A stretch of 63,520 bases of DNA, filler included, from Nemertoderma westbladi (lineage: Eukaryota; Animalia; Xenacoelomorpha), in the NCBI GenBank assembly GCA_032718475.1. It is 3 parts of 3 records of this genome, joined end to end, with 100 filler letters (N's around TTAATTAATTAA, not from the genome) between each part and the next. Parts side by side here need not be neighbours in the genome. Positions count along the whole stretch, not along the records: positions 1 to 26,460 come from JAUCBJ010003691.1; 2 more parts are not named here. One strand, written 5' to 3'. A program made the translations under genes and the position numbers. The notes under the pieces were generated by a model. The model ran no database searches. It saw only the letters and a list, made by a program, of their open reading frames with translations, and was not told where the DNA came from. This document shows, piece by piece, positions 1-10,880 of the stretch (its first letter is position 1; each line of letters starts with the position of its first letter).

Positions 1-1740
1 GTATTAATATTTGAATTAGGCATAGGGCAACTTACGAGACAAGGGCCGTGGAATGTGCATCATTTGATGAACCCGTATTTAGCAGGAATTGGTGTAACCC
101 AGATTTGTCTTTGTTTTTTCCTTGTGGTTTCCTATTCAATTGCTATTTCCTACTTCATTTTTTACTTTGGAATGTCATTTCAGACTCAATTACCATGGAG
201 TATTTGCCCGACAAATGTTGGTGATCCTTTCGGGAACTTGTCTATCATGCAGTATACTGGCCACACTTGTGTTGATATTTCACCTGTAGAATTCTTTTGG
301 TTCGATAGAACTTTAGGTGTGCCGAATGATATCAACGTCACACCGCAATTACAATATACTCTGGTTGTAACTTCTATATGTGCTTGGACGATGTTAACAA
401 TCTCTATAATGTATGGAGCTAAAGGATCCACCAGAGTTGTCTATGGTACAGTTACTCTTCCATATCTCACGCTGTTGTGCCTACTCGTAAAGTCAATTGG
501 ATTGAAGGGCAGTGGGGAAGGCCTTGCTTATGTTCTCTCTCAGGATTTTGGAAAAATTGGAGATCCTAGAATATGGTTAGCGGCCGGGGAACAGGTTGTG
601 TTTTCATTAGCACTTGGATGCGGGTTTAATACATTGATGGGGGCAACTCAACCGAGGCACAATAACTTCGTTCGTGATGCGGTGATAATTTGTAGTGTTG
701 ATACATTTACCTCACTTATGGCATCTGTAATCGTATTTAGCATGGCCGGACATAGAGCCCACATGGATAGGGAAACTTGTGTGGCTGTGCATGGCGCGGA
801 ACACGAACTCTGTCTTTTTCACAAGATGTTTGATAAGGCCGAACTCACAGGATTTGCCCTTCCTTTAGTTTACATGTCACATGTAATTTTAGAGTTTGGA
901 AATTCTGCACCATTCTGGTCTCTACTCTTATATTTAACCTTAATATTACTGGGAATCGATTCTTGTTTTGGATATATTCAAGTGATTCTGAATGCACTAG
1001 AAGATTACCGATGCGCACTAAAATTATCTGGCACTTTAAGGGTTATCCTTCTATGCCTATTTATATTTTCATGCAATTTAATATTTACACTCAACATTGC
1101 TTACTTTTTGAGTGAAATATATGATCAATACGTTAAAAGTTTGTTTATGATGTTGGTTAGCTGCGTTGGTTATGTATCAATTCTGCATAGAATCCATATT
1201 AGGCGTTTAATATCCGATTTTGAGACAATGATCGGATATAAGATAAATATTTTTCTCATCTTTTCTATGAAATATATTGCTGCTGCGATTTTTATTATTC
1301 TTGCAATAATAGGAATAGTTGTTCAGTTAAAAAGTGGTATCAAATATTCACAATACAACAAGGTTAAACAACAAATGAGAAAAATGGAAATTCCTCCAAT
1401 ATTCACTGCTATTGGTGTTCTCATTATTATATTTGCTCTCATGTGGATACCATTGTTAGCCATTCTTGAACGTTTTAAACACCAAGGATGCGTTCACAAG
1501 CATCGGCGACAATATTTTCCAAGGAGGGCTCTTCGGAAACACCACGGACTTCCTCCTGAAACTGTTTTCAGCAAACTGGAAAAACGTTTACTTCGCATCG
1601 ATAAATCAGAACCTGATGATTTCATTACAAAGGAAGAGAAAACAAAGACCACACATACAGCCGGCAATGAAGACTTAAATACTGGGCAGACCAAAGATAC
1701 ACGAGTTGTGGACTTTATAATACCAGATATACAAATATGA
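1..1740 (+). CDS. SLC6 (sodium:neurotransmitter/amino-acid symporter) family transporter, intronless in view, 5' end outside window
   Basis: Frame is open from base 1 (VLIFELGIGQLTRQGP, TM2 ELxxGQ motif). Contains LPWSIC, YGTVTLPY, W-AAGEQVVFSL, NNFVRDA, DTFTS and LGIDS motifs and many TM segments. Confidence 0.93.
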   Translation, partial: VLIFELGIGQLTRQGPWNVHHLMNPYLAGIGVTQICLCFFLVVSYSIAISYFIFYFGMSFQTQLPWSICPTNVGDPFGNLSIMQYTGHTCVDISPVEFFWFDRTLGVPNDINVTPQLQYTLVVTSICAWTMLTISIMYGAKGSTRVVYGTVTLPYLTLLCLLVKSIGLKGSGEGLAYVLSQDFGKIGDPRIWLAAGEQVVFSLALGCGFNTLMGATQPRHNNFVRDAVIICSVDTFTSLMASVIVFSMAGHRAHMDRETCVAVHGAEHELCLFHKMFDKAELTGFALPLVYMSHVILEFGNSAPFWSLLLYLTLILLGIDSCFGYIQVILNALEDYRCALKLSGTLRVILLCLFIFSCNLIFTLNIAYFLSEIYDQYVKSLFMMLVSCVGYVSILHRIHIRRLISDFETMIGYKINIFLIFSMKYIAAAIFIILAIIGIVVQLKSGIKYSQYNKVKQQMRKMEIPPIFTAIGVLIIIFALMWIPLLAILERFKHQGCVHKHRRQYFPRRALRKHHGLPPETVFSKLEKRLLRIDKSEPDDFITKEEKTKTTHTAGNEDLNTGQTKDTRVVDFIIPDIQI

Positions 1741-1900
1741 ACAAACATAAATCAATTTCGTATATCAATTATTATGATTTGTTACTGATTATAAAACGTG
1801 TTTGTGGCATCAAATTATACATAATTCGGAAATGCTTAATTATAATCAATTTCTGATATTGAATGGGTGATTCTTTTTAGGCTCATTAAGCCAAGGAGTG

Positions 1901-2014
1901 CCTGTTCACCACCATGGGTGATCTTCCACAGCAAACCCTTCCACTCTGTTTCGTAAAGGAATTCCTGTTCACCACCATTGGTGATCTTCCACAGTAAACC
2001 CTTCCACTCCGTTT
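1901..2014. repeat. Two-copy tandem duplication, 62-bp period
   Basis: cctgttcaccaccat-ggtgatcttccacag-aaacccttccactc at 1901 and 1963. Confidence 0.8.
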
Positions 2015-2184
2015 CCCAGGTTGCTTTGGTTCTGATATTTAAAGATGGATGTATTATATTGGGGTAAAAACTTGTAATAACATCTTTATTGAACTGTTAT
2101 TTGTTTTTATGTACGTATGTTTTGTACAAGTCTTATACTATACTATTATATGGTCAAAGTATTGTCATAGAGAAATACGAAACA

Positions 2185-2308
2185 CCAGTTTACTAATGAC
2201 TAAAGTGTCTTACTTAGGATAAATCGGTGAGAAATATCTAAGCCTTTAGTTTGATGTGAAGCTGCGTCGCCAAAACTGTCGCTGTGCTGTATCCACTCGG
2301 ACACTGCG
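2185..2308 (-). mobile_element. Degenerate tRNA-derived SINE (same family as 45600 and 59667)
   Basis: Shares aagtgtc, agcctttagt and gctgtatccactcggacactg blocks with the 45600-45747 copy. Confidence 0.55.
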
Positions 2309-2467
2309 ATATTAGTTGAACTGTTACTTGGCCCTTCGTTTAATTTTGATTACGATCATTATTCTAAGTTATTCTAGAAATATTATAATTGAATTGTTGC
2401 CATGGCAACTATGGTAAACATGCTTATAGTATCTAGTATATATATAAGTATATAGTATCTATCAGAT

Positions 2468-2716
2468 AGGGGAGGAAACTGGACGCAATAAAAATTAATC
2501 CCTCTCCAGGGGAAATTCGACGCAAATAACAGCTGATTATTCTCAAAAATAAAACTGTAACCAGTTCTATTGTGTTTAATTTATTGTTTTGGTTAAAATA
2601 ACGTGCCACTGTAACCTGCTCCTTTCCCTAAATTGAGAATCTAACATTGAGGCGGGATATTAATTCGCCAAGGCGGGTTTTGCGTCGAGTTCCCCCCCCC
2701 CCCCCCCCCCCCCCCC
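2468..2716. mobile_element. Small MITE (family also at ~10063-10190 and ~18105-18300 in reverse orientation)
   Basis: Termini gggaggaaactggacgca / tgcgtcgagttcccc. Internal block ttgaggcggga...attaattcg plus the bipartite motif is shared by three copies. Confidence 0.6.
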
Positions 2717-4964
2717 TGTCTCGTATCTATAGTGTCTATTATTCACTGACAATAACACATGCATACACCGTGTCCTGGAATATAGTGTCGTTATTCAAGT
2801 ACCTGGACCTCCCCACCCCCCCCCAAATTTTTCTACAAATCGTAATGAGATTGCATGAAATTTGAAACAGAGATAGTTTCACCTCCCGACCCCTGACTGG
2901 GTGAGCCACAATTTTTATTTTTGCTTTCAATCTTTAGCTACAAGCGTTTGAAAAAGGTGTCCCCGGTGATATTTCACCAGTTACACTGCAGTTATTCATG
3001 AACCTTATCGTGATTTGTTGGTAGAAATAGAAAGCTAACCATGCAAGGATTCCAACAATGTAAAAATATTTGAATTTGGTTGGGAAATAGTTTTATTATA
3101 TTAAATAAAAACACTATATTCTAGAACATTTGTTTATATATGAATAGCTACATAATAATATGTTTAAAGAAGCATTGCATTGTTGCCGCGGATTGCTGAA
3201 ATAAGAGTGGGCCGATCGTTTCCCTATTTATGGCCTTAGTTTCATAATATTTCCTTAGAAACTTATTTTATGCTATTTTAGGTAGGTGGATATGATGACT
3301 AGGGTTCATAGAAATGTAATAAAATGTCTTTCTGAAATTTTTATCTTGGATTTGCCAAGGTAGCCGGGTGCAAGTTCAAACTTTGCGCGCCTGTATTTCA
3401 AGGCGACAATGGATTCTTCCCTTGAGATTTGGTAGGTTATTAAAGGAAATAAAAGTCTATCAAAATATTTTACATTTTAATTTGTTTACATTCTCGTTGC
3501 ACCATGGAAATAAGTAGAATGAAAGTCTACCAATTCTATAAAACACCATTTTTATTCGGTTTGTCAGTCTAAATAATAAGTTAAAATGCCAACATTTTAT
3601 TTTATAATTCGTCAATTGTGAATCATATTTTTAAAAGTCAACATTTGCCAATAAACTAAACTGTCCAATCAGAGAGCAAGACCTGTGATAGCATGATTTT
3701 GACATTCCAGAATATTAAATTTCGGTTAGCAATTATTAGAAATAAAGGACAGCCACCAGGCATGTTTGTTGAAAATTATATAAGTAGTAAATAGTAGCCG
3801 AAGTTCTATCTGGCGGTCATAATGGGAAATTATCGTAATTCCCGTCACCATGGAAACGGAATTAAAAAAAAATTTTAATGTAAAATATTTTGATAGGCTT
3901 TTATTCCCTTTACTCATATACCAAATCTCAAGAACAGGATCCCTTGTCGTCTTGAATTACAGGCGCTCGAAATTTGAACTTTGCACCCGGTTACCTTGGC
4001 AACTACAAGATAAAATTCCAGAGAGACATTTTATTCATTTCTACGAACCCTAGTCATCATATCCACCGAACCAAAGTAGCATAAGATGGGTTTCTAAGGA
4101 AATATTATGAAAATAGTGTCATAAATAGGTAAACGATCGGCCCACGCTAATTTCAGCAATCCGCTCGCTGCATGACCTGTTATTTAGTACACCTTGATTG
4201 TTACCCAGCTACGTATGGGATAAACAAAACGTTCCAGAATATGATGTATTTATTAAATATAATAAATGGCGTGCAGGGGAAGCAAATACATGCAACTTTC
4301 GAATACCCATATCTCGGCTATTTCTCTACCAAATTCAAATGTTTTTGCATTTCTGGAATCCTTGCACGGTCAGCTTTCTATCGGTACCAATAAATCGCGA
4401 TAAGGTTCAAGAATAAATGCAGTGTAACTGGTGAAATATCACGGGAGACACCTTTTTCAAACGTGTGTAGCTAAAGATTGAAAGCAAAAATAAAAATTCT
4501 GGCTCACCCAGCAAGGAGGAGGGAGGTGAAACTATCTCTGTTTCAAACTTCATGCAATCTCATTAAGATTTGAAGAAAAATTTGGGGCGGGGGGTCCAGG
4601 TACCTGAATAACGACACTATATTCCAGGACATGGTGTAATGGGGTACAACTCCGTCCTAAAGAGTAGCATTTGCTTCGCCCACCGCATAATGCTTTACAT
4701 CCACATTTACCTTAGTTAATTGCGGCAACTTTTTGCAATGGGACGTAGGGCAGTACATAACACCTTCCAGGAATCAACTTCATTGACCCAACCCCACTTG
4801 TTTGGCACTGCATTTTTGGCTGGCTGTATTGCATAGCTCCAAATGTGACCAGCTTGATAAGCACCACGCTTCACATGTTCTCCGAGTGCACCTTGTGTTG
4901 GCGGAATTGTGTCATGGAGAAAGTCTCGCCTTATTTACTGATGTAACTGGACTAGATCTATCAA

Positions 4965-5690
4965 ACATATGAAGAAGCTGACTATAAAGATGCTGACACA
5001 CGGATATCCCTACATGCTCGGCATGCAGCCATAGAGGGAGACGAATTTCTACTCATTGAAACCAATGACACATATATAGTAGTTATAGCCGTATCTCTTA
5101 TGCCCTCCCTTTCTGCATTCGGTCTCGAAAAACTGTGGGTTGCGTTTGGCAATGGAGAACTTCAGAGATGGATCCCTATGAATTAATTTCTGTCTTAGGA
5201 CCGGAAAAACAAGTGGGATGCTCTTCTTCCATGCCTTCACTGTGTGTGATGTAGTATCAAGAGTTTTGTGGCAAAGGAAAAGGACAGCAGGGCAGACATG
5301 GAGTGTATGTGGTGAAGTATCTGTTGTCTTTACTAAACTCAGTCAGTGTCAGGTGAAGATTGCGGACTCTGATCTACAGCTCGACTGGAGAAATTTGTGG
5401 TCTTGATATATGACAGATCAAGCCCAGTTACATAAATAAGTCGAGGCTTTCTCTCTTTGCACGAAAGCAGAGATCATATGACACAATTCCGCCAACACAA
5501 GGTGCACTCAGAGAACACGTGAAGCGTGCTGCTATCAAGTTGGTCACATTTGGAGTCGGGCACAAGTCGGCCAGCCTCAAATTCAGTGCCAAACAAGTTG
5601 GGTTGGGTCAATGGAGATGATTCCTAGAAGGTATTATGTACTGCCCTACGTCCCATTGCAAAAAATTAACTATAAATGTGAATGTAAAGC
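4965..5690 (+). pseudogene. Decayed Academ-type transposon protein fragment (XPG/FEN-like nuclease region)
   Basis: Frameshifted peptides EEAD..DADTRISLHARHAA, KLWVAFG, LFFHAFTVCDVVS (H3TH-like FTGCD) and IPPTQGALREHVKRAA..GHIW. Confidence 0.65.
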
Positions 5691-6748
5691 ACTATGCATT
5701 ATGGGTTGTACCCCATTATGTATCTGTTATTGTCAGAACTCTATAGACACTATATAATATTCTAATCAGAACAATAAGAAATAGATACTATGTACTTAAG
5801 CATGTTTACCATGGTTGCCATGGCAACAACGCAATTATAAAATTTCTGGAATCACTTAGAACAATGATCTTATTCAATATTATACGAAGTAACCGGAATA
5901 TATGAAATTCAAGTATAAGAACAATATTGGATGTGGTTGGCATTGATACAGGTACATTATAATACCCACATGTGTATTATAAACAATCTAAGTAAACACA
6001 ACATCCATCTGGATTGGAACTGTAATTATAAACAATAGTTTTTAAGAGTTTCTACTTAGATATAATATTTCTTGCGAATAATTTTAATTATTGATACTTT
6101 TTCTGACTATGTTACTTAAATTTACCGATAATAAATTACATATTTACCGGTAACTTCTGTTATCTACTAATTTGTATGGCCCATGCGCGGAAATTAACAA
6201 TATTATTATTATTATTTAAAAATATCCTAAAGCAATTTATTTTATTAGGTATTTTTATATCTTTTAAATGGTGTTGAAAAAAAGTCACCCGCTCTAGCAT
6301 TATATTGGGTATTTATTTTAGTTTAAATCATTATTTAATCTAATTTCTGAAACTCGAATGTAAAGAAGCTTCGGCGAGTTTACCGGCAAAAATGAAACTG
6401 TAACTAAAATAGTGACTTTCGTTTAATATTGGTGAGAGAAACAGTCACTGTAACCGTCCCATTCGCCTTTGGTCTTTGCAGACTCTGTTTCAGTTTGTCA
6501 CGTCTTAAAACTAATCAATAATCAGTAAACATTATATTTCTAAATCGAGGTCTAAAAGATTACTTAATACTTAATACTTAGTACCAGTGTCCGGTATGTC
6601 TACAAACAACGTCAACTATCAGTTAAATTATATTATGATCGCAACATTATCTCTAAATTCGAAACATTCGTGTTTATTTTCGATTTGCCTGAAAATAACT
6701 TTATTTTTTGATGCCACAATTCCTACAATGATTATTTTTCCATTACAG

Positions 6749-6897
6749 ATGAGTCGGCAATCCCAGAAGAAGTGCTTCAATTGGCCAATAGGATGCTTCG
6801 ACAGAGATACAATATAGAGCATACCACAGTCCAAGTAGAACTTTATAGACCTATTGTCATGGATGATTGCAGTAAGTGCAAGGACCCTGCTAAATGA
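6749..6897 (+). CDS. Terminal exon of an SLC30/ZnT (ZnT2/3/8-like) zinc transporter; upstream exons not in window
   Basis: Acceptor tttttccattacag, phase 1, then ESAIPEEVLQLANRMLRQRYNIEHTTVQVELYRPIVMDDCSKCKDPAK*. This has HTTVQVE and a terminal CxxC, as in ZnT2-group C-termini. Confidence 0.85.
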
Positions 6898-8161
6898 GGA
6901 TATGTCGGGTATTCTATAGCATTCACTGGAAGAATCTTATACGGAGAAAAATGGTCACCTTCCTTAAACTTATTCCATTGCTAGTTTCTTCTGCAATCAA
7001 TTACTACATCAACTGTTGTGACTGGTATATTAAAAAATTAATTGTATACTTGCCATTTTTTGCAATTCTCAGTGGTCAATTTTCCAGGAAGTGATGTTTG
7101 ATTGGTTAACTAGTTGACTATTATAGTAGGCACTGTAAATGTGTTCTTTGAATACGTCAGCGCAATGATATAAACCAAACCTCAGAACATTTCAAAAGCC
7201 GTCAGAAATGATCAATAATATTTTTATTAATAAATGTGACGGATTGTGTACTTAAAATAATGGCACAAACACATCTTACATAAATTAAGAATTAAATTTT
7301 AATAAAATTTTCTGTAGCTGACATCCCTTATATTTATTTTGGTATTGTATAAGCCATTCCCGTTGCCATCGAACTCAGTAAATTATAATGGCGGGTTTTG
7401 AAAAACAAAAATACCGATGTGAATTTTATAGAAGTTTATGTTATTTTTTCCTTCTGTGACGCATGATGGCCTTGGCCTACTATGTCATGGTTGACGTCAC
7501 ATTGTCTGTGTTTGTCTTTATTTACAGTATTGTTCATAATTGTAAATATTTAGCTAAAAGTGATTGGACTACTCTGTGATTAATTTAATTGGTCATTTTA
7601 TGGTATATGCATGCATAATAACTAAGGTTCTTAATTATAGTTTAGAACTCCGTGATGCATTGCATACAGTATCTAGGCCTACTTACAGTTTCTGTTAATC
7701 CGTGTAGAATCATTCTTACTTAGCAGCCATGTAAACAACAAATTTATAATAATTATTGTCAATCAAAACAATTATAAAAACCACATGGTATATATATAGG
7801 AACAGTAACAACCCTTATTTAATTTGATTTATAGTTGGGTCTGAAATAAACTCAAACACTCATCCCGTTAAAAAGACTTTAAAAAATACAGCTATTAGAA
7901 ACGGGTCAGAGTAAAACGCGGATCCGGATTAAAATAATTAAAATATATTATGTTTTAGATAATTTTTTCTCTTACAGCGAAGACATTCAAGCCAGGCAAT
8001 GCAAGGGCACTAAATAGTGAGGTTGCCAAGGTAGAAGACAGTTTACAAAACATAAGATAAGTAGGTACAGTAATCACTTACACCAATCATGTTTATATTT
8101 GCTGATACACAAACTAATAAATAAACAGGCAACACTGGCACGCCCGTATCTCAGTTATTTC

Positions 8162-8458
8162 TCATCGTATTTTCTTTAAAAAGGATTTGGAACCACCATA
8201 ATGCCCCTTTCCCGATTTGGAACCACCATAATGCCCCTTTCCCGATTTGGAATCACCATAATGCCCCTTTCCCCTTTTCGTTTTCGTGGTACCACGAGAA
8301 TATCCAATATCCTTAGTTTGCACGTAATTTGATGAAAATCCTTTCACACACTAAAAAGTTTTTGCAACTTTAGTGTCTTCAGGCTTAATCTAAAACGGAA
8401 CCCAATATCCAATATTGGTTTGTGTAGCAAAAAAACGTACAAGCTGTGTTCGTGCCAT
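8162..8458 (-). CDS. Putative two-exon 68-aa basic protein with three GKGHYG(G/D)SKS repeats
   Basis: ATG 8458 (MARTQL), donor gtacgt at 8440, acceptor actttttag at 8351, in-frame exon 8350-8162 with a 30-bp repeat x3. Confidence 0.35.
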
Positions 8459-8920
8459 CAGTATCAATATCATTTTTTATTATTGTAACCCAATAAGTAT
8501 TAGTAGGCTATTATTATAATCGCAATAATTTTTATTGTCCGTTTAAATCCTTTTTTGTCCTTTTTTTTTATTTTTTATGTCCTCCAAAAGTCTAATGTTA
8601 GGTTCCATGCTACCGGTTTCTCTACTGCTGTTCTCTCAGGCTATCAGTACCGGTATTAGTATATATAGCACTATTTTGCTGTATGTTATGTACAGATGTA
8701 GGTATAAAGCAGGTATTTCTGTATTTTAGTACCGGTACCGGCACCGCCGGTACTGCTATAGGCCTACTGTGTAGCCTACCATTTAAATACGGTAATGGTA
8801 GGCCTACCGGTTGTGCTAATAAATTTTAAATAATTGATAGGCCAAACTTGATTGCAGGATTTTTAAAATGTGGATATACCTTTCACATAATTTAGGCCTA
8901 TTACTGTATTAGTTTTATCG

Positions 8921-9625
8921 TCTCTGTAACCTGCTCCTTTCCCTCAATTAGTAAAATGATCGTTTATTGTTTTGGTTAGAAAATCCCGCCTCTGTAACCT
9001 GCCCCTTTCCCTCAATTAGTAAAATGATCGTTTATTGTTTTGGTTAGAAAATCCCGCCTCTGTAACCTGCCCCTTTCCCTCAATTAGTTAAATGATCGTT
9101 TATTGTTTTGGTTAGAAAATCCCGCCTCTGTAACCTGCTCCTTTCCCTGAATTGGTAAAGTGACCGTTTATTGTTTTGGTTAGAAAGGCCCGCCTCTGTA
9201 ACCTGCCCCTTTCCCTCAATTAGTTAAATGATCGTTTATTGTTTTGGTTAGAAAATCCCGCCTCTGTAACCTGCTCCTTTCCCTCAATTAGTTAAGTGAT
9301 CGTTTATTGTTTTGGTTAGAAAATTCCGCCTCTGTAACCTGTCCCTTTCCCTCAATTAGTTAAATGATCGTTTATTGTTTTGGTTATAAAATCCCGCCTC
9401 TGTAACCTGCTCCTTTCCCTCAATAAGTTAAGTGATCGCTTATTGTTTTGGTTAGAAAATCCCGCCTCTGTAACCTGCTCCTTTCCCTCAATTAGTTAAG
9501 TGATTGTTTATTGTTTTGGTTAGAAAATCCCGTCTCTGTAACCTGCTACTTTCCCTGATTTGGTAAAGTGACTGTTTATTGTTTTGGTTAGAAAACTCGG
9601 CCTTAACCTGCTCCTTTCCATCAAT
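8921..9625. repeat. 68-bp tandem array, about 10 units
   Basis: Unit ctctgtaacctgctcctttccctcaattagtaaaatgatcgtttattgttttggttagaaaatcccgc; period 68 (8923, 8991, ...). Possibly inside a degenerate TIR element ~8505-9991. Confidence 0.95.
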
Positions 9626-10677
9626 TGGTAATTGTTTTTGGCTATAAAATGAGTGTTTTGCTACGTCATGTGGTAATCGATTATTATCGACAACAACCAC
9701 AAACTATTAAATATAGTCTTTTTACCACAGGCGCATATGGAAATCTATCTCATAGTCTATAAATCATGGAATCATGGAATGTTTTGGCACAGGCATAGTG
9801 AAATCAACTGTCTGACAGTCCAGAAATCAGCAGTCTGACAGTTTGAAGAAATACATACATAAAAAGTCATTAAAAGGACAATAAAAGTCATTAAATGGAC
9901 AACAAAAGTCATTATGCATAATTCGTAAAAAAAAATGACAAAAAAAGTCAAATAAAAGTACATAAAAAATCACTGCCTATTATAATTGAGCTATATAATT
10001 ATTTGTTGAAATAATAATTCAACTGTCTTATTTAAAACAAGCTATAATTATCAAGACAGGCTGGGTAGAAACTGGACGCAAATCCCATCTTGACGAATTA
10101 ATATCCCGCCTCAATGTTCAATTCTCAATTTAGGGAAAGGAGCAGGTTATAGTGTGGTACGTTATTTTAACCAAAACAATAAACTAAACACTAGTTTTTT
10201 TTTTAAATCAATCGTTTTTCAGCAAATAATTTCTACCGAGACCGAATTCATGACATTTGAGCCCCCCCCCCCCCCCCCCCCTACTGTTTTTTCTTATTTT
10301 CTACATGTTTCCATTGTGGTTGAAAAATGCATAGAAAACGATACCATCAAAAAGAGGATCATAAAAAGTACATACAAATTTGAAAAAATTTTGGCACCCC
10401 CTAGCGGCCTGCGTGATATATAAAAAATGTCGCTAAAAAGACTAGGCCTACTCCTCCGTTATTCTCCATTTTTATTTTTTGATACCACATTTTTTGGAAC
10501 CTGCATGTTCATTTTCATCATATTTTTACGCACGTTTTATTTTCGTTTTCTACTTCCGGTAATAGGTAATTTGGTAAAAGAAAAATTCAATTTTTTTTCA
10601 AAACTGAAAAAACCCAATGTTTTTTGTAATTTTTCATTAAATAAATGGGCATATGAACACTTGAACAGACCACCGGC

Positions 10678-10775
10678 GATAATAATCAACTAAAAACGTT
10701 GACGACTTCCAGTACCTTGGGTCATGGATAGAGAGTAGCTAAAACGACATAGAAGTTAGGAAAGCAAAGGCATGA
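10678..10775 (+). mobile_element. Short RTE-LINE RT fragment
   Basis: Near-identical to 24142-24240 (gacttccagtaccttgg..catggatagagagtagc..gacatagaagttaggaaagcaaaggc). Confidence 0.8.
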
Positions 10776-10880
10776 GAGGTCTTAGGCTCTTAGCATACTC
10801 GTACCCCTGTTCAAAGGTTTGTCTGTCGATCGGTCGGCCTGTTGGCAAATGTTTGAAGGGGTGTAAACGCTACGCCGACA

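Larger units (their letters stand above)
2335..5889. mobile_element. Compound foldback element with nested inverted repeats, Academ-associated
   Basis: Outer arms ~2335-2430/5790-5889 and 2727-2760/5720-5756. Inner palindromes ~2762-3510/3845-4638 and ~4640-4915/5476-5718. Confidence 0.8.

Noticed and set aside
7978-8060. Possible + strand exon KTFKPGNARALNSEVAK after cttacag
   Set aside because: Good acceptor, but short, with no homology and no partner exon found.
8351-8392. Alternative genetic code (TAG read-through)
   Set aside because: NIFK and LMF1 end at TAG normally; these TAGs are better explained as splice acceptors.
8921-9625. CRISPR-like array
   Set aside because: Whole 68-bp units repeat with no unique spacers, there are no cas genes, and the context is eukaryotic.
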